Shown here piece by piece: positions 11,982-25,973 of a DNA stretch of 64,000 nt (positions within the stretch are counted from its first letter, which is position 1; every line of letters starts with the position of its first letter). The notes beneath the pieces are model-generated. The model was not told where the DNA came from. It saw nothing but the letters and a program-made list of their open reading frames with translations, and searched no databases. The stretch spans positions 109,244,001 to 109,308,000 of the forward strand of contig OX597819.1 in assembly GCA_951406725.2 (NCBI GenBank), given 5' to 3'. The stretch comes from Octopus vulgaris (taxonomy: Eukaryota). A program made the position numbers and the translations under genes.

Positions 11982-12857
11982 ATGACGCATGTATACGAAC
12001 AGCTATGCCACATGGGGCGTGACTGCTGAGGATATGTGTAATGTCAGTGTTCATACCTGACATAGTGTAAGTGTCTTGAGAGAAAAGCTGGACCTAAGAA
12101 GCATCATATGTGGTGTGCAAGAGAGACGTCTACGCTGGTATGGACATGTGGTAAGAATGGATGGAGATAGTTGTGTGAAAAAGTGCCACACCCTAGCAGT
12201 TGAGGAAACCTGTGGAAGAAGTAGACCCAGGAAAACCTGGGACGAGGTGGTGAGGCACGACCTTCGCTGTCTAGGTCTCACCGAGGAAATGACCAGAGAC
12301 CGAGACCTTTGGAAGTATGCTGTGCATGAGAAGACCCGGCAGGACAAGTGAGGCCTTAACTTGTGGCCTCTACCTGGGACGTAGTCAGTCCACCTATGCA
12401 TACCTTCCTTCTTGGGACACATAACTCTACTTGTGAAGACCTGTTGAGGCAAGTGAAAATCGAAATCGATCAACATCAATGGAATTTGTAGTTGTGATAC
12501 CAGTGCCGGTGGCACGTAAGAGAACTATCTGAATGTGGCCGATGGCACGTAAGAGAACTATCTGAATGTGGCCGATGGCACATAAGAGAACTTTCTGAAC
12601 GTGGCCGCATCGACTGGCCTCCGTGCTGTAGGCACGTAAACAGCACCATCCGAGCGTGGCCGTTCGCCAGCCTCGTCTAGCACCTGTGTCAGTGGCACGT
12701 AAAAATCACCCACTACACTCACAGAGTGGTTGGTGTTAGGAAGGGCATCCAGCTGTAGCAACACTGCCAGATCTGACTGGCCTGGTGCAGCCTTCAGGCT
12801 TCCCACACCCCAGTTGAACCATGCTAGCATGGAAAGCGGACGTTAAACGATGATGAT
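11982..12857 (+). mobile_element. 5'-truncated RTE-clade LINE (ORF end, 3'UTR, (GAT)n tail)
   Basis: ORF 12076-12351 RRLRWYGHV...RPRKTW...EKTRQDK* is nearly identical to 44941-45214. The 3'UTR and tail are shared. Confidence 0.9.
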
Positions 12858-13127
12858 CAGATTGGCCAAAATTTTTTTCGTTTTTTAATTGAAATTCGAA
12901 ATTTTTATTTAGCTAGAAAGATGTGTTCAGTTTTTCCTCTACTTTACTGAAAGGAGGGTTAGTGAATGAAGAATTGATGATGTTATAATATTCCATATAG
13001 CTGTCTTTTTGAACTTTTTGATCATTGAAATTAGTCATACCATCTTCAGAAGATTTTCAGCAGCATTACATGTTTTATTTTTGGGTGTTTTTCTCACCAT
13101 GATTGCACATAGGGTGCAGACAGTTCT

Positions 13128-13480
13128 TTGTGGTTAGATTTGCTTCCTAAATTCCATTGTTAAGAAATTATGGCGTTTTCTATAGCCCAGGGCCAACCAA
13201 AGCCTTGTGAATACATTTGGTAAGTGGAAACTGAAAAGATGGTTTTTTTTTTGTATGTATACATGTATTGCATTGGTGTACCCATTTCTTAACATGTAAC
13301 TAAGTGAGCATCATCACGTGATGTTAGTTATCTTTAGTGAAACATGTCAGGTTTTGGAGAAAATGTTACCTTGGAAATAGATGCTGGTTGATGATAATAG
13401 GAAGGACATCTGACCATGGAAAAATCTTCCTTGACAAATGCCATTTGAGTGGTGCTAGCATAGAAAAGTGGATGTTAAAG
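13128..13480 (+). mobile_element. Degenerate S1 SINE with RTE-like tail
   Basis: gccaaccaaagccttgtg...aaactgaaaag and gctagcatagaaaagtggatgttaaa. Confidence 0.55.
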
Positions 13481-13742
13481 TGACTTGTACATTCTGCTTG
13501 TTTTCTTTAATTGAGCCATAATATATCTAGGACTTTATTCGATGTGTCCTTCCTTTTTGATAGAGATTTTGCTGCTATTTCTAGCAGGTGGAATCTCCTT
13601 TGTTAAAATTAATATTGAAAATACAAGATGTGGCTGGATGTTGGCAGTTAGGGCAGGACTGTTGCACTGCCAGGATGTCCTGTTGAATTAGCTTTTTCTT
13701 TCTTCTTACAAGTGAGAGTATGCAGAATTATCCTGAATGAGG

Positions 13743-15097
13743 CTACCGACCGGTTTCCCTTACATCAATTATCAGCAAGATGTTCGAAACCATCCTTAAG
13801 AAAAGTATGATGCTCCACCTCCTAAACACAGCCCTCTATCTCTGATTCCCAACACGGCTTCGTGCCGAAGAGATCATGCTTGACCAACTTACTAGTAATG
13901 GAAGAATTGGTGACGTGCATCCTCGATGATAGTGATGCTGTTGACATCGTTTTACTGGACTTTGCCAAAGCTTTTGACTCGGTAAACCACCGCCTATTAC
14001 TTGTCAAGTTTCAAGCATATAGTTTCCATCCGGATATTGTACGATGGGTTGGTGCCTTCCTCTCAGATCGCTCCTTCCAAGTCCAAGTTAATGGTTCGCG
14101 GTCCAACGTCTCCAGTGTGAGCAGTGGCGTGCCTCAAGGTTCAGTGCTTGGGCCCTTGTTGTTCTTAGTCTTCATAAATGACTTGCCCGACGACCTCACG
14201 CAACACACCCTTCTATTTGCCGACGATATCAAACTGGTCGCTCCTCGCGGCAATATAGAGGATCTTCGTCGATGCTTCCACCAAATTTGGAAGTGGTCTA
14301 ACGATTGGGACCTGTGTCTGAACGTGTCAAAGTGCTGTCATCTGCCTGTCGGCTCTACTCCTGCAACTCAACTTGATTTCGAGCCGGGTCGTCTGCTGCT
14401 GGAGAGGACCGATCAGGTAAAGGACCTAGGTATCTTGGTGGATGCCTCCTTTTCGCCTTCGGCCCAGTGCGTCCATGCTGCCAACAAAGCACGCGGAATT
14501 CTGTTCTTGATTCGACGGTCATTCGGAATGCTCACAGCAGCCATATTCCTACCACTCTATGTCACGCTGGTGAGACCCATATTGGAGTATGGGATTCAAG
14601 CCTCTTCTCCTTATCTCCTCAAAGACATACAGCATCTCGAAAGAGTCCAGAAGCTGGGTACCCGCATGGTTCATGGTCTCAAAAATTTGTCCTACGAAGA
14701 AAGGCTGAGGACGCTCGACCTTTATTCTCTTGAAAAACGCCGCCGCCGTGGTGATCTCATTCTCGCCCACAACATCATAAGCGGAAAGTGTAACCTCTCG
14801 AAAGAGCTGTTCTTCACTCCTGCTCCAGAGCGTCGGCTGCGGGGTCATTCCGAAAAGCTCTACCTGCGATGATTTCATCTTAATCGAAGGAGAGGAGCTT
14901 TCTCCGTCCGGGTTGCGGATCCGTGGAACAAGCTGCCAGACGAGATGGTGAAGATGCCGACGACCGCTTTGTTCAAAGCCTCCCTTGACCTCAAGTGGCC
15001 TGAACTCTTTACATGAACACCACCCTGTACTTAACTCCATGTCCCCCTACATGGCCTTGCTATTTGCTTTTGAGCCAAATTAACTAACTAACTAACT
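13743..15097 (+). mobile_element. 5'-truncated CR1/L2-group LINE, RT domain to 3' end
   Basis: YRPVSLTS, QHGF..RSCLTNL, DFAKAFD, GVPQGSVLGPLLF, LFADD, KDLGI, LVRPILEY, RRRRGDL, WNKLP. One frameshift near 13830, premature TGA at 14870 and a (TAAC)n tail. Confidence 0.93.
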
Positions 15098-16228
15098 ACC
15101 TGAACAATGCTATGTAGAGAAGAATATTCAGCTACCATTGTCATGTACCCAGGTGTGAAAATCAATTGTGTTGACATCGGGTTATTTTAGACTGCTGGAG
15201 GAAGAAGACTAAGTTATCAAATGGAATGGAGGGTTCTGACAATTTTTTTTTTTAAGAACTCCTTTACAGACACTGACCTAATATAAATATTCCTAACACC
15301 ATGGCAAGCTGCAAGGTGTCAAGACTAAAATCTAGGTTGTCTAAACAAACCTGTTTGAAATTGCACAAAGCTGCAGTGAAACTAAAAGAGTGCAAAGCTA
15401 TGGAAAATAAAGTTGGTGCTGATATATCTACCCTTTTTAATCTCTAGCATTTTAAACCAGCCATATCTGGCCCCGATATTCTATTTTATGTTTAAACTTG
15501 CCAGAGCTGGCCTATCACACTGACCTGCAATGTCATTCTAAAAATAGTCATATTGAAATCAAAGCAACAAGATGATGCATGATTAATTCAGAACAACATG
15601 AATAAATCAATATTTCGTTGCCAGAATAATCTGAATGCTAAATGGTTAACTGGAATTTGTTCCAACAGCACCATTTAAGTAGGCCTTCATACATGTGTGT
15701 ATTTGCACAAACATAAATTTAGGTGACCATCCCAACTTAGGGATTTCTACTATACTAAATACATTCTTTAGATCAAGTAAATTTAGTAAAGGGGGAGTCT
15801 CTGCACTTGCACTTCCACCAGATCTAAATTTATATTGAGACTCTGTGACAACAATAGAGCAACTGTATGTATTTTGACAATTTGATAGAATCTGATGAAA
15901 ATCTTACAAACTTTTACTACAGTTTCCTTTGTACAGTGAAATCATAACAACTTTCAAAACCTGTGGACCTGGAGAACCATTCCAGTAACAATTAGTGTGA
16001 CCACAAGATAGGCCAAACGTCCGCCACTGTGCTTAATAACCTCATCTGATATATCACTAGCTCCTGGATTTTTCCTAAGTTAATCTGTTTTTTGACAATT
16101 TTGGTTTTCTCCACACTAGGATTATCTTTCTATTTTAGAACAAGGTTGTAGGAAGTCTTCTGTACTGTATTCATCTTCAGTGGATTGATTTATATACCTA
16201 CACTCTCTCTCTCACACATGCACATATA

Positions 16229-16612
16229 CTTTTCTACTCAAGGCACAAGGTTCGAAATTTTGGGGGAAGGGGCCAGTGGATTAGATCAATCCCAGTATGC
16301 AGCTGGTACTTGATTTATTGCCCCCCCCCCATCCCTAAGGATGAAAGGCAAAGTCGACTTTGGCAGCATTTGAACTCAGAACATAAAGACAGGTGAAATA
16401 CCTATTTCTTTACTACCCACAAGGAGGCAAACAAAGAAAGACAAACGGATTAAGTCGATTATATCGACCCCAGTGTGTAACTGGTGCTTATTTAATCGAC
16501 CCCGAAAGGATGAAAGGCAAAGTCGACCTTGGTGGAATTTGAACTCAGAATGTAACGGCAGACGAAATACCGCTAAGCATTTTGCCCGGCGTGCTAATGT
16601 TTCTGCCAGCTC
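16229..16612 (-). mobile_element. tRNA-derived SINE (family S2), tandem partial plus full copy
   Basis: Minus-strand head gagctggcagaaacattagc...ctgagttcaaattcc (B box) and body gcctttcatcctttcggggtcgat. Repeated at 20453-20965. Confidence 0.8.
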
Positions 16613-16852
16613 ACTTCATGCATGCACATATACATCCATATTTTAACCAAGGACAACGGAGTAACCAACTTTTATTTCATTGATTTACAATCATCTCATG
16701 ATCATTGCTATGTTATGCAATAATATATGCAACCATTGATACATGCAGTGTCATAGACTCGAAATCAAAGATTGATTCTTCAACACCCAAATAAAATTTA
16801 TGCATATGTATGTATTTATAGATTTGAATATGTCTGTGTGTGTGTGTATGTA

Positions 16853-17160
16853 TATAGTAATAACTATAATCCTTGGATGGAATTTATAAACATTCAATGT
16901 CTCGCTACGTGCATTTCCACAAATTACATGTCTCTTTAGATCACAATCCGCATCTTCGAGGATTCATTTCTTCAGGCAATATCGCCTGAAGAATTGAATC
17001 CATGAAGATGATCTACTTGATGCCTACAGATGCTACAGACTACACTGTAATCATCCCAGGAGTATGGACTGTGATCTTAAGAGACATGAATTGTGGAAAA
17101 GCACGTAGCAATGTATTAAATGTTTATATATTTCATTCAAGGATTATTGTTATTACTATA
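16853..17160. repeat. Diverged ~300-bp fold-back (inverted repeat)
   Basis: ataatccttggatgg...gctacgtgcatttccac...catgtctctttagatcaca pairs with tgtgatcttaagagacatg...gtggaaaagcacgtagc...caaggattat. Inner hairpin tcttcaggc/gcctgaaga. Confidence 0.75.
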
Positions 17161-17171
17161 TTTATCGTAAA

Positions 17172-17522
17172 CTAGCACTATGACCTGGCGTTGCCGGGTC
17201 ATACTGCTAGTGCATGCATATACAGCTGTGTGTGTGTGCACATACACGTGAGTACTGTCCAAATCTCCGACCAATCACATACAGCTACCTGGCATTCAAT
17301 TGGCATATCAAGTTTTGGGTTTTGGATAGAAAATTCACAAAAAAGTCACTTGTATTGATTTTTTAATGGCTTTGCGGGGTGACTGGGGAAATGTAAAGAT
17401 GTGCACAACCACCCTTCGCCGGTTTTGAATGACCATAGAAAGTGCGAGCCCTCTAACTGAAAAATTGTGGATTTGTATAAAGGACACACACACAGACATT
17501 TTGCCGTTTATATATATAGAGA
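17172..17522 (-). mobile_element. Non-autonomous Helitron
   Basis: Minus strand starts A|TCTCTATATA and ends with a hairpin (tatgacccggc/gccaggtcata) plus CTAG|T. Second copy at 26316-26680. Confidence 0.85.
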
Positions 17523-17700
17523 TTATTATATCAGAACAGCATCATTAGACTGATGCCGGCATAATGGAATAGGAGCTTTACTTGCGTATTCAAAATGTTT
17601 CCCATGAACAAATTAAAAAAATATATATATACATCATCATCATTTAACGCCTGTTGTCCATGCTGGCATGGGTTAGATGGTTTGATCATGCTGGGAGGCT

Positions 17701-18012
17701 CCACTACACTCTATGCCCACAGGCAAATAGCATAGTGGATAAGAGCACGGGCTACTAACCCTCAGTTTCTAAGTTCAATCCCAAGCAGGGACTTTAAAAA
17801 TAATGTCAACAGAAAAATACCATCAGCAACATACCTTAGGAATAAGAACTGTTTATCCTATTAGTCAAATAAAGGGTTGGGTTCGAAATTCCACCAAAAC
17901 ACCTGATGAAGGCTAGAGAGTACATCAGCTGAAATGTGATAACAACAAAGAAGATGAGGACATTTGTCCATTGTAAATAATGTACATAATTCCTCATCCC
18001 CAAAATATAGTA
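17701..18012 (+). mobile_element. tRNA-headed SINE with hammerhead-ribozyme motif (copy 1, degenerate)
   Basis: A box tagcatagtgg, B box aagttcaatcc, CTGATGA-A-GGCT..AGCT-GAAA at 17903-17934. Homologous to 40488-41008. Confidence 0.75.
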
Positions 18013-18019
18013 TCTAATT

Positions 18020-19335
18020 GGTACAGAGCCGGTATTAGACTTAATGGAGACATGCAGAGAAACTCCATCAGAAATTCAAACCATCTAACGTTCCTGTGGA
18101 GATGTAGAGACTCAAAGCTAATATCACCTGGCTTGACTATAACGGCATCTGTGGATTCAAATAAAGCTTGAAGAGTAGCGGAAAGAGCAGGGCATGCCCT
18201 TGTCTGTGAGAGGATCCATTATAACCATTGGAAAAAACATCAACTAAATAACAAAATCGGAGACAGGTTATCTTCATTACTTGGTAGAATAACCTGAGAT
18301 GACAGAGAAAAAATCCAACAAGATCTAGAAAAGTTGTACAAGAAAGAGTTTGAGAAGGTGAAGACATGCCAGATTAAGAAGCTTAGGAAGCTCAAGGGTC
18401 AGAGAATAAAGACCAAAGTTTGTCACCTGCCAGTGAAAGCAGTAATTAACATAAGTAGCTGACATCTGGACAACTCTGAAGAAGCAGTAAGTTCTAAACG
18501 AAGGTCTCAACTTTGTGACAATCATCAAGCACATTCCATACTTGGACATAATAGCTCCTATTGAAGAGATAGCCTAAAGATACTAAAAGTTCAGCGAGAT
18601 GAACTAAGGTGGAAAGTGGGACAGGTACTAGAGAAAGCGAAACTTCCCAAACCAAATATCACTAAGGAAGAAATGTTAAAACATTAGCGACAGTTCCGTC
18701 ATAATACTTCCAGTAAACAAGGGCAATGCTATGGTGGTGATGAACAAGTCTGAATACTCTGAAAAATTCGCAAGTCTCGTAAGTGATGGCAGCCACAGCA
18801 AAATAAAGACCCAACTCTGAAAACAAAGAACATACTATCCACTCCAACTAGGAAGAGGAGAGGGGATGAAACCCATAAACTGAGCACAGTTTGTCTACCC
18901 TATGTTAAAGGCCTCTCAGAAAAGATACAAAAGATATGCGGTCCATATATCAGGACAGTATTCAGAAGTAATACAACACTTCACAAATATCTTCTCCGAG
19001 TAAAACCACTCATTGAAGAGAATATGAGTAAAAACTACATGTACTCTATCCCATGCAGTGGTGGTAGGCTATACAAATGTGAAACATGCTGCCCCCTTAA
19101 AGTAGGGGTAGAGGAACATCGTAAAGCTGGGGGATATTGAAAAATCGGATATAGCCGATCGTGTAAGGGAAAAAAGGGACCACCTCCCACTGTGGAATGA
19201 AGTTAAAATAGTTGACAGAGAACACCACAGGAAAATATGAAATTTAATAGAGGCTGCACATATGCTAGAACACAATAACCTCCTAAGCAGACCTAGTGCA
19301 GATATGAATGTAATATGGGAACCAGTGTTAAGATA
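18020..19335 (+). mobile_element. Penelope-like element remnant (pre-RT region and GIY-YIG endonuclease, RT core deleted)
   Basis: Remnants EGLNFV, KPNITKEE, KGNAMVV, CLPYVKGLSEKIQKI, MYSIPCSGGRLY..ET, EEHRKA, LIEAAH. Confidence 0.8.
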
Positions 19336-19789
19336 AAATACTAGGTTTGGCAGACTCTCCTATATATATATATATATATGTATACCATCATATATATATA
19401 TGTATGCATGGTATATGTGTGTGTGTAAACGTTAAAGACTTTTCAATTCCTGAGCGTTATACTAATACATCTGTTTTCTACTCCACCTGTCTCCGTCTTT
19501 TGTCTTTTTTGTGAATTCTCCCTATACACACACACACACACACATGTGGTAGGTGAGTTTTATAAAGACATATACATATTTAAAATTTGTATAGAGGTCC
19601 TCAACACTGGGGAGCAGATTAATATTCCTGTATTCTTGTTCAAAAGAACTAGGTTCACAGCAACAACAAAAAAAAAAAATGGCCATAATACTACAGAAAG
19701 TAGTGTGTGTTGTATATTTTCTGACCCAAATTAATTAGCTCCCCCATGTTGCACACTTTATGCCCCCAGAAAATTCATATGCTCTTCAT

Positions 19790-20165
19790 TATAGATACAT
19801 ATATATATGTATACACACACACACACACATATATTTATAATGTATATCTATATAAATATATGTGTGTATATATATATTATATAAATATATGTGTGTGTAT
19901 ATGTATATATATATATATGTATATATATATGTATATATATTATATATATGTATATTATATATATATATGTATGTATATATATATATATAAATATATGTGT
20001 GTGTGTGTCTGTCTAAAACCCACCTAATTAGAAATATATATATAGCACACTCTACTTGCTGAAGTATCAAGTACTTTATATATGAGCACTCTCTTCTTAT
20101 AAACATATCAGGAAGAAATGTGTGTGTGTGCGTGTGTGTGTTTATACATATATATGTATGCCTAT
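19790..20165. repeat. (TA)n/(TG)n compound microsatellite
   Basis: Direct reading. Confidence 0.9.
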
Positions 20166-20452
20166 ATATATAACATCATCATCATCATTATTGCTTTAAC
20201 ATCCACTTTTCTATGCTTGCATGATGTGTCATTGAAGCAAATTTTCTATGGTTATGTGCCTTTCATGTCGTGACTCTTATGTATTTCCAAGCAAGCTAAT
20301 ATTTCCCTGTTGATGAACGTGTTTTCATGCAAGACTAGAAACAAAGACGCCACTTGTATGACAGAGACACTTGTAGACTAGTCATATGATATCAAGACAA
20401 GGTGACATAAACATACACAGACACGAATATGAAATGGACTTTGTTCACTTTC

Positions 20453-20965
20453 TTATTTCTTTACTGCCCACAGGGAGCTAAACATATAGGGGACAAACAA
20501 GGAAAGAAAAACGGATTAAGTCAATTATATTGACCCCAGTACCTAACTGGTACTTATTTAATCGACCCCGAAAGGATGAAAGGCAAAGTCAACCTCGGCG
20601 GAATTTGAACTCAGAATGTAGCAGCAGACGAAATACCACTAAGCATTTCGCCCGGCGTGCTAATGTTTCTGCCAGCTCGCTGCCTTAAAAAGACGAAATA
20701 CTGCTAAGCATTTCACCCGACATACTAATGTTTCTTCTTTCTTTATTGCCCACAAGGGGCTAAACATAGAGGAGACAAACAAGGACAGACAAAGGGATTA
20801 AGTCGATTAGATTGACCCCAGTATGTAACTGGTACTTTATTTATCAACCCTGAAAGGATGAAAGTCATAGTCGACCTTGGTGGAATTTGAACTCAGAACA
20901 TAACATCAGACGAAATATCGCTAAGCATTTCACCCGGCATGCTAACGTTCTGCCAGCTTGTCGCC
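20453..20965 (-). mobile_element. Two tandem S2 SINE copies
   Basis: Same sequence as 16229-16612. Confidence 0.8.
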
Positions 20966-21167
20966 TTTCTGTCTACTAAATTTACTCAAAGTTTTGGTTG
21001 CCCCAAGATTATGGTAGAAGCTAGTTGCCCAAGGCACCTTACAGTGGAAGTGGACTTCAAACTATGTGGTTGGAAAGCAAACTTCTCAACCACACGGCCA
21101 TGTCTGAGTGAAACAAATGAAAGAATATTGCATCCAACACATTTGATTAAGAGTTATTTTCAATAGT

Positions 21168-21400
21168 GGAGAAGCATGGCTTAATGGTTAGGGTATTGGA
21201 CTCATGATTATAAGATTGTGGTTTTGATCTCTGGACTGGGTGACACATTGTATTCTTGAGCAAAACACTTCATTTCACATTGCTCTAGTCCACTGAGCTG
21301 GCAGAAATAAGTAATCCTGCATCCCATTCTGGTGGAGAATATATACACCACGGTAATTGGGAAACTGGCGCTATGAGTCTATATGCCTCAGAAAGGATCT
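21168..21400 (+). mobile_element. Old tRNA-derived SINE (third family)
   Basis: tggcttaatggttaggg (A box), ggttttgatct (decayed B box), tgtattcttgagcaaaacacttcattt (also at ~60205). Confidence 0.55.
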
Positions 21401-21409
21401 TTATCCATT

Positions 21410-21730
21410 CATCATCATCGTTTAACGTCCGCTTTCCATGCTAGCATGGGTTGGACGATTGGACTGAGGACTGGCGAACCAGATGGCTGCACCAGACTCC
21501 AATCTTGATTTGGCAGAGTTTTTACAGCTGGATACACTTCCTAAAGCCAACCACTCTCAGAGTGTAGTGGGTGCTTCTATGTGCCACCGGCACGAGGGCC
21601 AGTCAGGCGGTACTGGCAACGGTCATGGAAAAATTGCGGTTTTTTTTTATGTGTCACTTGCAGACCGGCTCAAGTGCCAGTAAGGCGACGCTGGTAACGA
21701 TCATGCTCGAATGGTGCTTTTTACGTGCCA
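21410..21730 (-). mobile_element. RTE LINE 3'UTR fragment
   Basis: catcatcatcgtttaacgtccgctttccatgctagcatggg is the reverse complement of the RTE tail. Confidence 0.85.
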
Positions 21731-22817
21731 ATAACAGTTTCATGACTCAGGCCCATGTTGCTTAAAGTTTCATAGGCATAGAACATATCCACATCATCAG
21801 ATATTTAGATATTCTGTCTCTGAATATGATGTGAACATGTTCTACATCCATGAAATTGTAAGTAATGTGGAAGGGAGTCAAACAATTATTAAATATATGG
21901 ATAGAAAAACTACTTCAAAAGTACATTTTTGGAAAATATTCAGGTAAAAGTTTTAGAAAATATGAGTGGTTGGAAGAAAGTTTACATTAATTAAAAATAT
22001 TAATTGAAAGTATTACTTCAACATATTATTTTGGAATATTGCTTAAACAGTAATAGAGTTTCATGACTTTGATTATATAGAATTTATGACATTTAAAATA
22101 ATATCACCATGAGAACCAGAAATGAAATCAAAAGCTTCAGCTTCAAGCAGTCATTTCTGTATGCTGTTCACAAAGGATTTTAAATGAAAGAACATAAGGA
22201 TAAGTGTGTCCTTCAAATGGGTCCTTCAAACTTGCATTTCATATTTCAAAAGAAAACCAGGCTTGGTTTACCAGCTGGTAATTGGAAATCATAATTCTTC
22301 GGTTATAATTTTTAAAGAATACTCTACATTTGTTTGAGTTCTGTAATTTATCAATTTTGATGAATCATCAATGATTTCTCTGTGTGTGTTGTGTGTGTGT
22401 GTGTGTGTGTATTTTATGAATGGATGAAAGTACTAATAAAGAATTAACCAAAATTCTGACTGCCTCTTTTTTCTTAATATACAATATCTCTACATCATTT
22501 CAAACACTTAATACACATGTGTATGTGTGTGTGTGTGTGCATATATATGTTTTATGTATGCATGTGTATATATGTATATATTTATATCCTAAAACCAAGG
22601 TGCCACATAAAAAAGCATTGGTGTTGGTGCTATGTAAAAAGTACCCAGTACACTCTAGAGTGGTTGGCATTAGGAAGGGCATCCAACCATGGAAACCAAG
22701 CTAAAACAGACTATAGAACCTGGTGTAGCCCTTGGTCTTGCCAGTTCCTGTCGAGCTGTTCAACCCATGCCAGCATGGAAAACAGTCATTAAATTTTGAT
22801 GATGATGGGGATATGTA

Positions 22818-22856
<39 letters not shown>

Positions 22857-22863
<7 letters not shown>

Positions 22864-23120
22864 TTTTTTTGTAATGAGATAAAAAAGCCAAGGCTGTGTA
22901 GATATTAGAGCACTTATATATATAAATGCTCTAATAGCTACACAGCCTTGGATTTTTTATCTCATTATGAAAAAAATTCATATATACACTCGCTGACATA
23001 GAACCAACGTTGAACCCCTTATTCGCAATATTACTGAATCTGGAACTTAACTATGGTCTGTCTATAGCACTTATTCAGCATTACCTGACACCTTTGGGTC
23101 TCAATGACACCATTATCTCT
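22857..23120 (+). mobile_element. Penelope-like 3' terminal fragment with inverted 5' duplication
   Basis: Palindrome at 22857-22985. 22943-23117 is homologous to 27675-27852, which lies downstream of an HHR-like motif. Confidence 0.6.
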
Positions 23121-23466
23121 TATATATATATACATGATTATTATTTAACATTTACTTCTCTGTGCTTGCATGGGTCATATGGACGTTTCTGAGGCAGATA
23201 CCCTTAATATCGCCAACCTTCACCTGTTTCCAAGTGTGGTAGGAAACAAAGGATACTGCCAGCATGTTGATCTTCATTCGGCTGCTCCATTATAATAACT
23301 TAGTCCACTTCAGCAGACAAATGAATATTAATAGAAAGCTGCAATTTACAATGTGACACGAAGAGACATGTATGATTATACCTGTACAAGTTCCATTTCT
23401 TGCAATAACCACAAGTGAGTCAGGGGAAATCTTTAATGAACAGCCCTTGTATGTGTATGTATATAT

Positions 23467-23765
23467 ATCATCATCATCATCATCATTTAACGTCCGTTTT
23501 CCGTGCTAGCACGGGTTGGATGGTTCGACCGGAGTCTGGGAAGCTAGGAAGCTGCACCAGGCTCCAGTCACATCTGGCAGTGTTTCTACAGCTGGATGCC
23601 CTTCCTAACGCCAACCACTCTGTGAGTATAGTGGGTGCTTTTTACATGCCGCCGGCACAGGGGCCAGAGCAGGCTGTTGGTGCTTTTACATGTCACCGAC
23701 ACGGATGCCAGCCAAGACGGTGCTGGCATCGGCCACGTTCGGATGGTGCTTTTTACATCCCACCA
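23467..23765 (-). mobile_element. RTE 3'UTR fragment within a (TA)n tract
   Basis: Reverse complement of the RTE tail, flanked by TA repeats. Confidence 0.85.
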
Positions 23766-24532
23766 TATATATATATATATATATATATATGTATTTATAT
23801 ATATATGTATATGTATATGTATGAATGTATACATATATATATGGCATTAGGAAGGGTAGAGAAACCATGCCAAAGCAGACAAATGGAGCTGAGGCAGCTT
23901 TGCAAGAAATTTTTCCTCAACTTTGACTGAATTATAATTAAGGTCGCTAATAAAACATCTGAAAAATTGTCAGTGTTTAACAATCAATATTCTTTTCTCT
24001 GTTGGATTTCAAGTCAATTTTCTCCCACACTAATGTCTAATTTTACAATTTTCAGTTTAAAATGAGATAAAATGAGTCATAACTAATTTCAATAATTTCT
24101 TCTCTTTCACTGCATGGTGTATAAACATATCCGGAAGGCAGGCATTCCAGCAGATTTTGAAGAAGCTATAAAGAATATTTTATGCTGAGTTTTTTTGGTT
24201 TACTCAAGTTTCGTTAATTTCCTTTCGCGTGCCCTTTTTCCATGAGCTTCTTTCATTTGACCTATATATTTTAAGGTTTTGTTGCATTGCTGATGTTTCT
24301 GATGTCTAAGGACATATATTGATGTGTATGGATCTGTTTTCAAATGTGATTCTCAAAAATTATATATATATCCACCATCATTTCCACTGCATCAAGACAT
24401 CACATAGCCAATATCTGTGGCTGAGCTTTGCAGAGTATTCTATAAGGTTTTTACCTGAACTTTACTTACCTATATATATATGTATATTTTGATTTTTCCA
24501 GTTTCAGCTAATGAGCTGTGGCCATGCTGGGG

Positions 24533-24564
<32 letters not shown>

Positions 24565-24639
24565 GCAAAATCAAGGAACGGCCATAATAGGCCATTCACC
24601 CACTAGAAATAACAGCCAAAGCTTCAACCTATATTGATT

Positions 24640-24642
24640 AAT

Positions 24643-24692
<50 letters not shown>

Positions 24693-24829
24693 TGTATGTA
24701 TACATATACACACGTACACACGCACACGTACACACACACACACATATATACATACATGCAGACATATCTATACATCATCATCATCATCATCGTTTAGCGT
24801 CCGTTTTCCATGCTAGCATGGGTTGGACG

Positions 24830-24893
<64 letters not shown>

Positions 24894-24909
24894 CATATAT
24901 ATCTATATC

Positions 24910-25002
<93 letters not shown>

Positions 25003-25324
25003 ATATATATATATATATCATCATCATCATCGTTTAACGTCCGTTTTCCGCGCTAGCACGGGTTGGACGTTTTCGACCGGGGTCTGGGGAGCCAGGGGCT
25101 GCCCCAGGCTCCAGTCTGGTCTGGCAGTGTTTCTACAGCTGGATGCCCTTCCTAACGCCAACCACTCCGTGAGTGTAGTGGGTGCTTTTTACGTGCCACC
25201 TGCACAGGTGCCAGAGGGGTCTGGCATCGGCCCACGGTCAGTTGGTGCTTTTTATGTGCCACCTGCACAGAAGCCAGTCGGGGCGGTGCTGGCATCGGCC
25301 ACGTTCGGATGGTGCTTTTTATGT
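24640..25324 (-). mobile_element. Microsatellite block with two RTE 3' fragments (24774-24829, 25018-25324)
   Basis: (TA)n and (TATG)n plus (CAT)n-cgtttaacgtccgttttcc tails. Confidence 0.8.
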
Positions 25325-25576
25325 GGGGGGAGGGTGCAGAAATATAGGGGAGCACCAGTGGGGAGGGGTGTTCGGAGAAACGATGACAGGTTCTAGACAA
25401 GTAGAACGTAGGATATCACGAGAGGGGTAATGCATGGTGAAATAGCGTATTGAAGAGGGGGTTCGAAGAGTAGACACCTATAATGGTGGTGGGAGAAGCG
25501 ACATCCGGTATAGATGGAGCAAAATATAGAGATATCCGGTATTGGTGGTGGGGGTGGGCAAGGGAGGGTGCACCGG

Positions 25577-25849
25577 GAATATGCGAAGGTTGAACTTGAC
25601 GGGTTGGCTTAAAAATGCTCTTAGCAATGGAAGTGGGGAAAGGAAGAGGGGGGAGGGCAGACAACGTAAAGAGGGAGAGAGACAGAGAAGGGAATAGTGG
25701 AACCCCGCGAAAATCGGCCGCCATTGAAAAACCCCTGTATGGAGAAACTTAAATATCTATTCTGTATTTAGCGAGACACGAGGCTGGAAACCGATGGTCA
25801 ACAATAACTAATAAATTATACAGAAAATGCAATATGAGGTGAAGCTGAA

Positions 25850-25909
<60 letters not shown>

Positions 25910-25942
25910 CAAATTGTCGACTGGGGATCAAAGGGATAATAC

Positions 25943-25973
<31 letters not shown>

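Noticed and set aside
12508-12604. CRISPR-like array of ~32-bp repeats
   Set aside because: Head-to-tail repeats without unique spacers, inside a LINE 3'UTR in eukaryotic DNA.
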